NCBI GenBank assembly: GCA_012295275.1
Contig: CM022669.1
Span: 13,702,001 to 13,766,000 of the forward strand
Source: Chrysomallon squamiferum
Taxonomy: Eukaryota; Animalia; Mollusca
Length of the DNA: 64,000 nucleotides
Direction: 5' to 3'
Below are positions 14,247 through 43,695 of the stretch, in pieces. The translations under genes and the position numbers were made by a program. Position 1 is the first letter of the stretch, and every line of letters starts with the position of its first letter. The notes beneath the pieces are model-generated. The model did no database searches, was not told where the DNA came from, and was given only the letters and a program-made list of their open reading frames with translations.

Positions 14247-15018
14247 GCAATTATTCTCTCTTCCTTTCTAACGTAAGAGTTCTCCATTGGTTGCTCTTGT
14301 TTAGGTTGGTTTCCTTTGACAACGAAAACACAAACACGCTTTACACAGTTCTGTTAGCACAAGGTTAATGTATTTTTTCTTACTAATTTGACTTCCTCAT
14401 TTCATATGTGTCCTGACCATATTATTTTGCATAATCATAATAATAGCAGTTATTCTCTCTTTCTTTGTAACGAAAGCGTACCCCATTGGTTGCTCATGTT
14501 TAGGTTGGTTTCCTTTGACAACGAAAACACAAACATGCATTACACAATTCTCTTCGCACAAGGTAAGTTGTTATCATTACAGTTTGTTTAATTATATATA
14601 TATAACTAACTATATGTCAAACTAGTCATTTTGCTTAATCGAATGTATGTATGTAGGAAGAAAAAGACAATAAACACAAAAATCTTCATACAATTAAAAA
14701 ACTGAACAAACAAACAAATACATTTTTAAAAAAGAAGAACAAAAAAATCTCTACACTGAATTTATAGGTGTCCATGCACACGAATATTTTATAATACACA
14801 ACTTAGTTTTGTAAACTGCGTCAACGGTAAAGTTCAAAGCCTAACGAACTGAAAATTTCATTTGGAGTCACGCTACAGCGTTTGACAGTGAGTATTTCAG
14901 AATTGAAGAAACGAAAACAGTTCGTGTTTCACCAGAAATATTAGAACTTAAGAAACATAAATTAAATCATCATATTGTTTTGTTTCAGAAGTAATACTGC
15001 AGTAATACCCAGAGCACA

Positions 15019-16294
<1,276 letters not shown>

Positions 16295-16298
16295 CTCG

Positions 16299-16722
16299 CT
16301 TATATTGTTTCTAATATATAAATGTAATCTGCCGAAAGAATTTTAGAAATATTTTACTGTATTTTAAACTTTGTGGTCAAATTATTTTAGCCGATATTAA
16401 AATTGGTTATATTGTTTCTAATATATAAATGTAATCTGTCGAAGGAATTTTAGAAATATTTTACTGTATTTTTAACTTTGTGGTCAAATTATTTTAGCCG
16501 ATATTAATTTGGTTATATTGTTTCTAATATATAAATGTAATCTGTCGAAGGAATTTTAGAAATATTTTACTGTATTTTTAACTTTGTGGTCAAATTATTT
16601 TAGCCGATATTAATTTGGTTATATTGTTTCTAATATATAAATGTAATCTGTCGAAGGAATTTTAGAAATATTTTACTGTATTTTTAACTTTGTGGTCAAA
16701 TTATTTTAGCCGTTATTAGCCT
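16299..16722 (+). repeat. ~106-bp minisatellite x4 directly after the copy 2 stop (x~3 after copy 3, ~27438-27745)
   Basis: Unit ttatattgtttctaatatataaatgtaatctgtcgaaggaattttagaaatattttactg...ttagccgatattaatttgg starts at ~16299, 16407, 16513 and 16619. Confidence 0.9.
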
Positions 16723-17179
16723 GGTTTGGAAAACGCATCATACACAAACACACGCACACACGCACACACACACACGGATACAATAATTTGTTAAGGTGCA
16801 GGGTAATCAAAAAGACATTGTGTTATACGTACTTTTAAATAACAACATCAACAACAACAACATCGTGTCAACGTCACTGAAATAAAACATAAATAAAATA
16901 AATAAATAAATGAACTAAAATGGCAGTTTAAAATATGTCTGCGAATAACCTGCAAATTAATTAATTTGTTGAAAAAAAAAAAAAAAAACTACTATAATTT
17001 TGGTATTGGGCTCTTTTGTGTATTACAACTAACGATCATTTACTATGTATTAACTTTTAAAACTATAACAATAAAGTTTTAAAGTGATTTCAGTTGTTTT
17101 TCATATACAAACAGAGAAAAATACATATGAATGTATATATACTATTATGTGTGTGTATGTATATTTGACATAAAGATTA

Positions 17180-17214
<35 letters not shown>

Positions 17215-17630
17215 GAAAGTAAACAAAGAAAGACAACAGCTCATCTTATGTGTTTAGCACTTTCACTTCTAGAAAATTCATTATTATTTTCTTTATAGCA
17301 GCAACATATTTTTATGATGCATGTTGACATAAACAGGAAAGCACATACCACAGACTTTAATAAACAAGAGACGCTGGCTGAACTACCCAGTAACTGTGTC
17401 AACGAAGAATACACGTGTCCAGTAAATGACGTCTTTAAGCAAAAATAAAAATATTAAAAAAGATTTAGTTGCTATACAGAGATATTTACTTCCAAAAAAT
17501 AAAAGATTTACAATATCTAAGGGGACTTAACTCTTGTTGGATTAATATGCAACGAATTAGGATACCATTCGGTGACGTGCAAATGATTTTAATTATTATT
17601 ATTATTGCTGCTATTGTTATAATAATATTG

Positions 17631-17689
<59 letters not shown>

Positions 17690-17892
17690 TTTACTTGACA
17701 ACATCGTTATTGATCGCCCAGATATTTATCTGCATAACTCTAAAATAATAATAAAAATAAAATAAAGAAATAAATAATTATATAAATAAACTCTTGTATT
17801 ATTAATATGCAACGAATTAGGATACCATTCGGTGACGTGCATATTTTAATTATTATCATTATTGTTATTGTTATGTTATTGTTATTATTATT

Positions 17893-17928
<36 letters not shown>

Positions 17929-19252
17929 ATTATTATTAATAATATTATTATTATTATTATGATTATTATTATTATTATAACCACTACTACTACAACAACA
18001 ACAACTATAACTACTGTGATTATTATTATTATTATTACTTGACAACATCGTTATTGACCGCTCAGATATTTTTCTGCATAACTCTAAAAAAATAAAATAA
18101 ATAACTAAATAATTATATAAATAAATTAATAAATTAATTAATAAATAGATAAATAAATAAATAAAATTAAAAAAAATCCCCCGAACATGAACATATTCGT
18201 TAGATGTATGATTATCATGAATGGATCAAATATTTTATTTCCATGGATAACATTTTCTTCATTCTTTAGATATTAAATATTACTGTCATCAAAATTAGAA
18301 GATTCAGAAACCACTTCTTCTTTTTGGTGTTTTAATTCTTAATGTTTTTCTCTTGATTTAACGTAAACTGCCAATACTGGCAGTGAACAGTTTTATCTCT
18401 TCACTTGAACCATGGCTCTGCTGCTGTATGATTATCTGTAATACAGTAACGATTTTATCAGTGCGTCTTCAAGTGGGATCAGCCAGTGGTAAAAAGATGA
18501 TATAATTACTGAATGTAAAACAAAATAAGTCTCGAAGTATTTAAAAAGAATAATTAAAAATTAAGCACATTTAAGTCGGTTATGTAAAATGGAACTACTG
18601 ATTTATGTTTTTCTTTGTTTTTTTCTATTATTGTTGTTATTATTTTATTTAATTATTTTTTTGATATTTTCTTCTTCTTCTTCTTCTTCTAACGAGAGAC
18701 TGTAAAACTGTTAGGTGAAGGTTTTAATTTACGAATAAATAGTCCTGTTGTTTTCCTAAGCTGGAGATAGCTGTTTTAACACGTTCTGAAGTACCTCGGT
18801 ACGTTTCCAACCAGCTCTCTTGTTTCAGTTTACTGTTAATTGTTTTACATCATTTTTATTTAAGTAATAACAACTTTTATAAAAAAAAAAAAAAAAAATT
18901 AACAAATATAATAACTGTTTTATAATTGCTTAAATATTGAAATTTAAACACATTATTTGTTTATAATGGAATGATTTCAATGGATTTTTATTACTGGCCC
19001 TGTTATCGAAAGGCAAGTGAGAATATACGCAATTAGAAACTGAAATTACACGTTTTTCTGAAGATCTGCTTTTATATATTTGCCTGTGTTATCTGACGAA
19101 CACAGTTTTCCTTCTATTGGTATCCCGGAAATGTTTTTGGAAAAAGAAAAAAAACTTGTTTCAAAACCTCATTTAATGGTGGATGTTTTATAAATAATTG
19201 ATATATTTTCTTTAAAAACGGAATTAAAACTTTTACGAATAATAAATTTAAA

Positions 19253-19292
<40 letters not shown>

Positions 19293-19667
19293 TCCACTTC
19301 CCTCCCCTGTTACAGATAAAGACAATCAGGGACAACAAAAATATCAGACCTGCTTGATAAAACTGAAATTACAGATAACAGCTTTCAAATAAACGAACAC
19401 ACAGAAGTAAACGAAAACCAATACAGCAGCAACAAAACTAATAATACCAAAAACACATGCACATCACCGAATGGTAACCTAATGCGTTACATATTAATTC
19501 CGAAAGAGTTTAGTCCCCTTAGATATTACAAATCTGTTATTTTTGGCAAGTAAAAACCTATATATAGCAACTAAATCTGCTTTTTAATATTATTTTTTTT
19601 TTGCTTAGAAATGTTATTTCCAAAGACGTCATTTACTGGATACTTGTCCTCTTCTTTGACACACTTA

Positions 19668-19905
19668 CTGGCAACTGGTCAAGCTCAGAGTTGGGTGGCA
19701 ACTGGTCAAGCTCAGATTTGGGTGGCAACTGGTCAAGCTCAGAATTCGGTGGCAACTGGTCAAGCTCAGAGTTCGGTGGCAACTGGTCAAGCTCAGAGTT
19801 GGGCGGCAACTGGTCAAGCTCAGAGTTGGGCGGCAACTGGTCAAGCTCAGAGTTGGGTAGCAACTGGTCAAGCTCAGAGTTGGGCGGCAACTGGTCGGGC
19901 TCAGA
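19668..19905. repeat. 27-bp GC-rich tandem repeat x~9, open on both strands (GGNWSSSEL / ELDQLPPNS)
   Basis: Unit ggcaactggtcaagctcagagttgggy repeated head-to-tail with no spacers. Confidence 0.95.
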
Positions 19906-20119
19906 AATGGCAGACAAGGCGGTGGCTGAAATGGATGATTGCTTGAGTTCTTTCTGAACTAAACAAACTTAATGGCTGCACTCCCGAGCCTTGTGGTCTT
20001 TGGTGTAAGAATAACTCAACCACTAGATATATATTTGTATGTATGTATGTATGGATATATGTGTGTGAAAATGTGTATGTATAGATATATGTATAGTATT
20101 ATGTCTGTGTGTGTATGTA

Positions 20120-20195
<76 letters not shown>

Positions 20196-20319
20196 TCTAT
20201 ATGTATGTATGTATAATGACACAATAATAATATAAATTTGTACGAAAGAATGCTTAGTGACATCTCGATATATTTTAATATTGTTAATTGTCAGTACAGC
20301 TTTTTCCTGTACAATGTAG

Positions 20320-20515
20320 GTACGAAAGAGGAAATCTACTTTCTCCACATGGGTTATTCATATTTGACTAGCAACAAGGAAATCCGCTTTCTCGACATAG
20401 GTTAATCATATTTGATTAGCAGCAAGGGATCTTTTATGTACATCTTGCCGTAGACAGTAACACATACCAACCTCTTTGATAACCCAGTCACTGACAATGG
20501 CAAGAACGGGAAATT
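20320..20515 (+). mobile_element. Degenerate interspersed (SINE-like) repeat; more decayed relatives at ~17295-17390, ~28318-28410, ~39305-39400 and ~46365-46460 (minus)
   Basis: Shared core tagcagcaa..ttttat...acag...cacatacca...cttt among the window copies. It resembles, from recollection only, an abundant gastropod repeat; not verified. Confidence 0.4.
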
Positions 20516-21213
20516 GTCAAACAGAAGCACTTTTGATTATCTATTCTTGATTCAGACATGCTGTCTAAATACAGAATTAAACATTGTTACCAACGTGTGA
20601 TATTAAGTTTTGCTTCACATCCACATTAAGTTTAACTTTAGTCCTGCGTTAAGTTTAACTTTAGTCCTACATTAACATAAACATAAACACATGGTAATTA
20701 TTATGAAATAATGCATAGATACACCTACTTTATTTGATTTTTAATGGTCAGGGTACATAATATGTTATGTAAATGAACATGGTTCACTCCGTATCACACT
20801 AACACACGCGGCAGACAGAGTCCAATGAATAGACTGCTATAAAGACGTATATTAAATGAGATATCGAACGTTGACCCATATCACTGAGTACACCCTGAAC
20901 GGATTGGGTACGCTGTGTATCAGCTCTGTAGACTGACAAGGCACGTTCTGTATCACATAAATGATCACAGAATATGTTATGCCTTATAAATGATATAGGT
21001 CTTGTCAGTTAAGATAACTATACTGCAACAAACAACATGATGGATCTTAGACAATTATTATTTAAGCATAAATGCGATGCATCTATAACACATAAAAGGT
21101 TTTGCTGGAGACTATATCACACTGACATTCGCACGTAGACATGCAAGCACGCTTGCATTAACACACACACAAACACTCACAGACAGACACACCCAGACAG
21201 ACAGCTCACTATG

Positions 21214-21247
<34 letters not shown>

Positions 21248-23958
21248 GTGTTAGTTAACTGTAAGAAATATATGATGTTTACAACAAGCTGCTACAATTA
21301 ATGTATGAGATTAAGATTTATGATACGAGATGGAATAAAGTGTAATTTGTTGTTTTCTCTTTTATGTTTATTTTTTCTCTCTCCTTCACTTTCTGTTAAT
21401 CATGTTCTCTTTCTTTCTTCTTTTCTCTCTCTTTCACTCAAATTATCGTTTCTTCTTTCCCTCTTTCTCTATCTGTGTTTTTCTCTCTCTCTTTTATTCA
21501 AGTTGTGTTTTCTTCTTTCTCTCCATTTTAATAAATTTGCCTTTTCTTTTTCTTCTTCTTTCTCTCTCCCTTTAAAATAGCTGTCGTTTCTTCACGCATT
21601 CTCTTTGTCTATGTCTGTCTGTTTATGTTATTCAGTCTATATTTTTTTTCTTGTTGTTGTTACGAAAATTCTCACCAGTCTTCTGTGACAATCTTGAAAA
21701 CATTTTGAGCTTCTATAATGTATTTCAAACAAAAGGCATACTAATAAAATTATGCAATTTTATTGAATTATATACATCTTTAATGATTTGTCTTATTTCT
21801 TAGTATTCAACAGTATACAATAAACATATGTAATAACTTTAGTTATTGATGCCTTTCGTCAAAGAAAAATTATCAATTCCATAACCATTTTGTGACTTTT
21901 GTACTAAAATACCCTTTGAACTTTGTCCTCCATTTGAAAATTGGGTGTAATTTGATTGTACACATCTGCTTGACGATATAATTTGAATACACGAGAATGT
22001 ATGTTTGTAATAACGCTGTACAAACAGACTCCATTATAAAACTAATGATCTGAAACGCGTTTTATGAAGAATTAATTCATGTAGTGATATGTCAAAAACA
22101 TTTGGTTCTTAATGTCTGCGGTATTATAATGTGGAGAATTGTCCCACGGAATACTCTTTCTTCTGTGTGTAATTCAATTTATTGAATACGATCGTTTTCG
22201 TTTTGTACTATTTTATATCAGCTTGGGAAAAAAGTATTGCGTAACTATTAACTGATTTTTATAATTAAAACTGCATTTTGTTTAGAATGTAAAGGTCTAT
22301 GTTACAAGACATACTTCTATTCATAAACATGGTAGGGTAGGATGACTGAGGTGGGGTCGTATTATTGAATTCAGCTCACGTGCAGGGCAAGATGCAATTC
22401 AGTTCTGACAGAGTAATATGCTTCCAAAGCCAAGTATGTCTCAGTTTGTATTTCTCAAGGGAATTATCGCCCTGAGGATTATCCAGTTTCTGCATTGAAA
22501 CATCTCTCGCTAATATCTGATATCTTTCAACATATGCAAATTTATCAGATAATCACTAAAAAGCTTTTTTGCATTCATTTTCTTCAGATTATTTGTTTTT
22601 ACTTCTTTTTTTTTTTTTTCTTTTTTTTTACTTACGTGACGAAAAATCTTATGAAAACATATTCAATTGTTCACCCGAACATACTGAAATGTAGGCCAAA
22701 AACAAACTAATGTTAAAACTCGTACTGATTAAAACCTGCAACACAGTAATCACAATAATATTTATGAGAATTTTTTTATGAGTGAGGGCAAAAACGAAAC
22801 CATGTATAATGTATAGGTACGCCACACTAGAATGAAATAGAGTGATTCTTAAGAAGAATATATAATAATAATAATTCCCACACTTTCATCAATACAAAAA
22901 CAGTGCATTGGAAAGAGTAAATGATGCTCGTTATTTCAGCATACATTGGATGTTCGTTTGAACAAAATATCGTTCTGGGTCGAAAACGCTGACTAACACC
23001 CAGGTAACGACGTGTTCATGCCAGAGGAACAAATCTTGTAACGTGCGCGTTGTTCTGAACCACATCACCTGTTCTCTGTTATCATTATCTTAAAATGTCA
23101 TTAACACAGACCACAACAACATCAACCTTTTTATCACCATCAAGAATAAATACAACAATTTAAACTATTAAAACCATTTTTTTTAAAAAGAATACAGATG
23201 ATTTAATTTTTGAGGTGTACTCATGGTTAGTGACGTCATTATACTTGTTTTTGGTTTGGTTTTATTATTATTATTATTTTTACCTGAATTAGTCTTGGTC
23301 GTTTTTCTTGGGACCAAACACTGATTTATTGAAAACATTCGCTGCAATGTTGTTAATGGTCGATTTAGAAAAAAAAAGTCGTAAAACATCTTATTTACAA
23401 TACCTAGAGAAAAACAGACTGAAATGTCAGTGATTCTAGTGGGTTTTTTTAATTTTATATCTTATTTACCACTTATTTATTTCTTAATTTTTTTACTAAT
23501 TTGATTGCGTCATTTTATGGGTGTCCTGACCATATTATTTTGCATAATAATAATAATAATAATAGCAATTATTCTCTGTTCGTTTATAAGAAAGAATCCC
23601 CCATACGCCATTGGTTGCTCATGTTTAGGTTGGTTTCCTAACACAAACACGCATTACGCAATTCTGTTGGCACAAGGTAAGTTGTTATTTTTACAGTTTA
23701 TTAGACTCTATTTTTAATACAGAATTTAACACATAATGAAAGCAATGTTGTTGTTAATCCTAAAGATATCTCTAATAGGTTGTTGTTAATAATGACTGAC
23801 CATATTTGATTATACTGTAGTATTTTAAAATTATTTTTACTAACAAACTAAGTTGTGCAAATAGTATTATATTATACCAGATCAGAAATCTGTAAATTAA
23901 TAGTATTATTTGTATGTGTATGTATCTATGTAGGCTCTGTGTAGATGTGTGTCTTTCT

Positions 23959-24074
<116 letters not shown>

Positions 24075-24124
24075 TACATATATATATATATGTATATATA
24101 TGCATACATGTGTGTGTGTGTATA

Positions 24125-24156
<32 letters not shown>

Positions 24157-25020
24157 GCTATGTATGCGTAGGAACAAGAAGATAATAAAGTGAACACACA
24201 TACAATTAAAAAATAAAACAAACAAACAAACAACAACAAATATAATTTAAAAAAAATAAAATATATATATATTTTTTTAAATTAAAAAAATTATCCGGTT
24301 TCTACATGGAATCATTTGGTGACGTTCAACACGTGCAAATGTATCAGGTAAACACAGTAATCACAATAATATTAATGTGTTTTTTTTGTTTCTTTGTTTT
24401 TTGAGGGAGGTTAGAAAGGAAACCATGTATATTTCTGACGCGTAGTAAGGCACCTAACACTCTGTATGTGTATGAAGCAGAATGATTCTTAAAAAACCGA
24501 AATAATAATAATAGTTCGTATGCTTTCGTCAAAACGAAATAGTGCACTGAAAAGAGGAATTGTTGCTGGTTATTTTTGTATGCATTGCATGCTCCTTTGA
24601 ACAAAAGCTGTTCTTCGCTGACACAGGCTTTGCGGGCACCTTAGCAGTGTAAACGACGTTATCTATTATTATCATGGCCGTTACTAGACTCTTTTTGAAA
24701 TGAGGTAAAAATACTTAATCGCCGTGCAGAGCGGGGCAAGAACAATTTGGGGGAGGGGTCTAAGGTAGACTTCAAACGGCAACTGTAAACATAAAGGAAT
24801 TCATTCAGTCCTTATCATTTCTATCGGAATGGAGATTTATATTTAAAAAAAATAATACTAAAATAAAAAAATCCAGAAAAATTAATCAGTTTCGGTATGA
24901 GGCATTTGCCTCACTTGCCTCAATGTAGAGTTACGACTGTAAACGAATTCATTCAGTCCATATCATTTCTATCGGAATGGAGATTTATATTTTATATTTC
25001 CTTAAATACAATATTTCTAT

Positions 25021-25051
<31 letters not shown>

Positions 25052-26005
25052 GTTTATGTATGAGGCATTTGCCTCACTTGCCTCAATGAAGTTACGACTG
25101 TTATTATTATTATTATTATTATTATCCGTTGTTATTATTACGGGCTGAAAGTATTAAATCCGGCTACTTTGAGACCTGCTGCAATTTCAGTTCTATCCAC
25201 TTTCCGTAGATATGCCAGTGTGCATGTGTGAACATATTACTATAGAATGAGTCAATTTTTTTGTTGTAGAATATTTCTAATACTTTTAATAAGAGTTGCT
25301 AACATTATTGTTAAAAACTCTGACAACTCCATTTGAAGTCATTAATTATATATTGTTGACTCGTTAATAAATGTAGGAAATAAATTCAATCTTAGTTAAC
25401 ACACATTATTTGAAAAAATGGAATTTCATATTCAAGATCATAAAGAAGGGTACAAACGTGAATGATTAGCGCTGGAAAGAGGGAAAAAGAAAAAAGATAC
25501 AAACGATCTCTTGATACTGAAGACAAAACGAGCAGGAAACACAGTGGGGGGAATAAAAGATAAAAATGTTGATTGACACCCAGAGGGACTCATCTTGTTG
25601 TAACACGTGCCTTGTTCTCTGTTATTGTGATCTTAGAATTTTACTAAGAATAACCACAACATCAACCTCATCATCATCATCATCAAGAACAACGTCAACA
25701 ATTTAAAATATTAAAAACATTTTCTTTTTTTAAATGAATAGAGATGATTTAATATTTCAGGTGTACTCGCAGTTAGTGACCACCAGCAATTTTTTTAGAA
25801 ATCTGTTATGATATTTAATTATTTCTTCATCATTTTCAGAAATATGATAATAATTTAATTTTTCCAAACATTTGCTAAAAATCGAAATCGCTTTAAAATG
25901 AAACAACGAATGATTCATGACAATAACAATATATAAATAAATATGGAATTAATTTGTGGAAGTCATTGTGACGAACGTAATTGTTGTTTCCATTTATTTA
26001 TTTGT

Positions 26006-26072
<67 letters not shown>

Positions 26073-26209
26073 TATGTATAGCTTTCAATTAATAATTGAA
26101 AAATACCCGATTCAGAATTGAAGGAAAGAAAACAGTTAGTAATCTTGGAAATTAAGAAACATAAATTAAATCATCATATTCTTTGTTCCAGATGTAATCC
26201 TAGAGCACA

Positions 26210-26254
26210 ATGGATTATCCTGCTTCGAAGATACAGCTCGTCCATCATCAGTAA
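26210..26254 (+). pseudogene. 5' stub of another claudin-like paralog (MDYPASKIQLVHHQ*) just upstream of copy 3
   Basis: Duplicated acceptor and leader (aaatcatcatattctttgttccag...agagcacaATG) at ~26168-26212, repeated at ~26279-26336. MDYPAS resembles MPFPAS of copies 4 and 6. Confidence 0.55.
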
Positions 26255-26333
26255 AACTCGGAAATTAAGAAACATGTTAAATCATCATATTCTTTTGTTC
26301 CAGAAGTAATACTACAATAATTCCCAGAGCACA

Positions 26334-38141
<11,808 letters not shown>

Positions 38142-38394
38142 CTCTTTAACATCAAAATCCAAATCCAAATAATCTTTCTTTCTAAGATTGTTTTTAGAAA
38201 ACTAATTTGAAAGTTATTAGAAAATATAATCCCGTTTTGAAATAATTCTTGTCTTCTACATATTTATGAACATTTATTTAATGGATTGCCGTTTTACGAA
38301 AAAATTTTTAGTTAATATATATTTGTAAAAGAAATTATATTTATTACAACACCACAACAAACCGCACAAAAGAAATTATATATATAGAGAGAGA

Positions 38395-38512
<118 letters not shown>

Positions 38513-38585
38513 AAGCTATTATTTATTCGCTTTTTTATCATTACTTTAAATTTTCATTTTTCAATTTTATGTTCTATCTTTTCAG

Positions 38586-38738
38586 ACGTGGACGATGTGA
38601 AAGCTGTTATTGCAGTGGACATCATGGCTTTGCTGGCGGGAGTGGCCTGCCTCGTTTTGACAATTTGTTTCCTGTTCCTGGAATCTTTGGCCACCGAGAC
38701 CGTCAAGAATGTTTGCCTGGTTCTCGCTTTTGTTGCAG
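38586..38738 (+). pseudogene. Orphan exon 2 of claudin-like copy 5
   Basis: 153-nt exon (VDDVKAVIAVDIMALLAGVACLVLTICFLFLESLATETVKNVCLVLAFVA), nearly identical to 26825-26977. Exon 1 is replaced by the SLC22 fragment at a (CT)n tract, and exon 3 is deleted at an (AT)n tract (~38865). Confidence 0.85.
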
Positions 38739-39797
38739 GTACAGAACAGTGTAATAAAGTTTGTTAGCAGTAAGCTTTCAGACCCTAGATCTACATATCA
38801 AGTGGCGTACTGGAGATAAATTACATTATCTGTTAAAAAAAAAAAAATATATATATATATATATAACATTGTGTCAGCGTCACTGAGATAAAACATAAAT
38901 AAAATAAAATAAATAAATGAAATAAAATGGCAGTTCGAAATATGTCTGTGAATGAACTGAAAATTAATTAATTGTTGAACAAGAAAAAATACTGTAATTT
39001 TGGTATTGGGCGCTTTTGCGTATTACAACTAACGATCATTTACTATGTATTTACTTTTAATATTATAACAATAAAGTTTTAAATTGATTTCAATTGTTTT
39101 TCATATGCTAAGAGTCAAAAATACATACGAATGTATGTATAGGTATATATATACTATTATGTGTGTGTTTGTATATTTATTTGACATAAAGATTATAAAT
39201 ATAAATAAATAAATAAATAAATAAGAAACTAAACAAAGAAAGACGACAGGTCATCGTATATGTTTAACACTCTCACTTCTAGAAAATTCATTATTACTTT
39301 CATTATAGCAGCAACGTATTTTTATGATACATGTTAACATGAGCAGGAAAGCACATACCACAGACTTTAATAAACAATGGGCGCTGGCTGAACTTGCCAG
39401 TAAGTGTGTCAAAAACGAGTACAAGTGTCCAGTAAACTAAGTCTTTGGAAATAACATTTTTTAGCAAAAACAAAAATATTAAAAAGCAGATTTAGTTGCT
39501 ATATGTAGGTTTTTACTTGCCAAAAATAACAGATTTGTAATATCTAAGGGGACTTAACTCTTGCGGGATTAATATGTAACGCATTAGGTTACCATTCGGT
39601 GATATGCATGTATTTTTGGTATTATTTTTATTGTTGTTGCTGCTGTTGCTGTTGTTGTTGTTGTTGTTATTATTGGCGTCTCTCTTCTTGGATGGTGGTG
39701 TGGGATGATGTTATTAGAGGCCATTACTTCTACTACCACTACTACTGAAATTATTATTATTATTATATTTTTATATTATATATTATATATTATTATA

Positions 39798-39845
<48 letters not shown>

Positions 39846-40536
39846 ATTATGATTATTATTATTACTTGACAACATCGTTATTGATCCCTCACATATTTAT
39901 CTGCGTAACTCTAAAAAAAAATACGAAGAAAAATATAATAAATAAATAAATAGTTACATAAATAAATAAATAAAATAAATATATATATATAGATATAGGT
40001 AAATAAATAAAGAAAGAACATTTTTTTTAAAGTCGACCGATACTGAACTTATTCGTTAGATATATGATTATCATGAATGGATCAAATATTTTTTTTCTAT
40101 AGATAATATTTTCTTCATTCTTTAGATATTAAATATTACTATCATTAAAATTAGCAGATTCAGAAAACAATTGGTCTTTTTGTTGTTTTAATTCTTAATG
40201 TTTTTCTCTTGATTTAAAGTTAACTGCCAATACTGGCAGTGAACAGTTTTATCTCTTCACTTGAACTACGGCTATACTGCTGTATGATTATCTGTAATAC
40301 AGTAACGATTTTATCAGTGCGTCTTCAAGTGGGATCAGCCAGTGGTAAATAGATTACATAATTACTGAATGCAAAACAAAATAAGTCTCGAAGTATTTAA
40401 AAAGAATAATTAAAAATTAAGTACATTTAAGTCAGTTATGTAAAATGAACTACTGATTTAGGTTTTTCTTTGTTTGCTTCTATTATTATTATTGTTATTT
40501 GTTTTTTACTGATTTTTTTGATATCTTCTTCTTCTT

Positions 40537-40568
<32 letters not shown>

Positions 40569-41044
40569 GTGAGACTGTAAAACTGTTAGGTGAAGATTTT
40601 AATTTACGAATACATAGTCCTGTTGTTTTCCTAAGCTGGAGATAGCTGTTTTAACACGTTCTGAGGTACCTCGGTACGTTTCCAACCAGCTTTCTTGTTT
40701 CAGTTTACTGTTAATTGTTTTACATTATTTTCATTATGTAATGACGACTTTTATAAAAAAAAAATAATAATAATAATAATAATAATAAAAAATTATCATA
40801 TATAATAAATGTTTTATAATTGCTTAAATATTAAAATTTAATGCACATTATGTGTTTATAATGGAATTATTTCAATTGATTTTTATTACTGGCCCTGTTA
40901 TCGAAATGCAAGTGCGAATATACGCACGTAGAAACTGAAAATAAAGGTTTTTCTGAAGATCTGCTTTTATATATTTGCCTGTGTTATCTGACGAACACAT
41001 TTTTCCTTCGGAATTAAAACTTTTACAAATAATGAATTTAAAAC

Positions 41045-41151
<107 letters not shown>

Positions 41152-41988
41152 CTCCTCCCTCCATTTCCGTCCCCTCTTACAGATAAAGACAAACAGCAAC
41201 AACAAAAACATCAGACCTGCTTGCTAAAATTGAAATAACAGACAACAACTTTCAAATAAACGAACGCACAGAAAGAAAAGAAAACCAATACTTAGTGGAA
41301 TATGTCAGAAAAAATATATGAAAAAATAACAGAAAACGTTTGTCTTTACTTGTTTTATATAAAAAAAAAAAAAATAAGAAATAAAAAAACGAAACAGAGT
41401 CCAAAGAATATGTTTAAAGTAATATCAAATTTGTTCCATTAGCTAAGTAACTGACTGTGATAAACAAGTTTATATTACCTAGTCACATATACTAATAAAC
41501 AGACGATACATAATGATAAACAACTATAATATACACTTCAAACCTGGATCAACGGTAAAGATTAAAGCCTAACGAAGTGAAAATTTCTTTTGGAGTCACG
41601 TTAGACCCTTTGACAGACGGTAAACGAGGACTGGCCACTAAAAAACGCTGGTAACTTTGGAACGATACGTCTGAAAATCGAATTAAGAATGTAAGAACAG
41701 TTTTCTTAAGTTTTCCAGATGGTGTTGTACTATTAATAACATTTACTTAGTCTCACTACAAAGCGCCCAGCCGGAATATACTGTTTAACTAACCCCACCC
41801 CAAAAAAAAAAACGCATACGTTTTCATTTTAAAAGCCGGTGTCAACTGACCACAGTAGTATTTTGTTTCTTTTTATTTATGTTATTTACCTGGTTATATA
41901 CAGGACAATCAGCATGCGGAGATTTCAAGTGGACCAGAAATACCCCAACCCCGCCGCCAATAACATTTTCCCACCAGCCCCCTCCAAC

Positions 41989-42029
<41 letters not shown>

Positions 42030-42116
42030 CTCAGCTTTTTAATGGGCAAACAGGATATCCAGACAGAAAGAATATACATATAATGATCAATCAATACGAA
42101 TATAACAGACAGGCAG

Positions 42117-42169
<53 letters not shown>

Positions 42170-42495
42170 CGTGTTTACATATATACATTAATAATACATA
42201 CATACATATAGAATTCCGTCAAAAGATTGGGTTTTTTCTCAAGTCAAGACATATAAAAAAATTTTTTTAGAAAAATTAAGAAAATAGAAAATAAAAATCT
42301 GTAAACGTAAAAATAAGAAAAAATATATAACTATACATAAAATTCAGGTTTCAAAAATATATATATCTAGGGATAGTTCTATTTGAAGTATCACACTTTT
42401 ATTCAGATTAAATTACTGAGATTAATTTATATATCAAAAACAAGAATACCATAATAATCAAAGAAAGAAGAATCTTTTGAAACAGTATAAGTGAG

Positions 42496-43695
<1,200 letters not shown>

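Noticed and set aside
19668-19905. CRISPR-like array
   Set aside because: The 27-bp units are contiguous with no unique spacers, there are no cas genes, and the context is eukaryotic.
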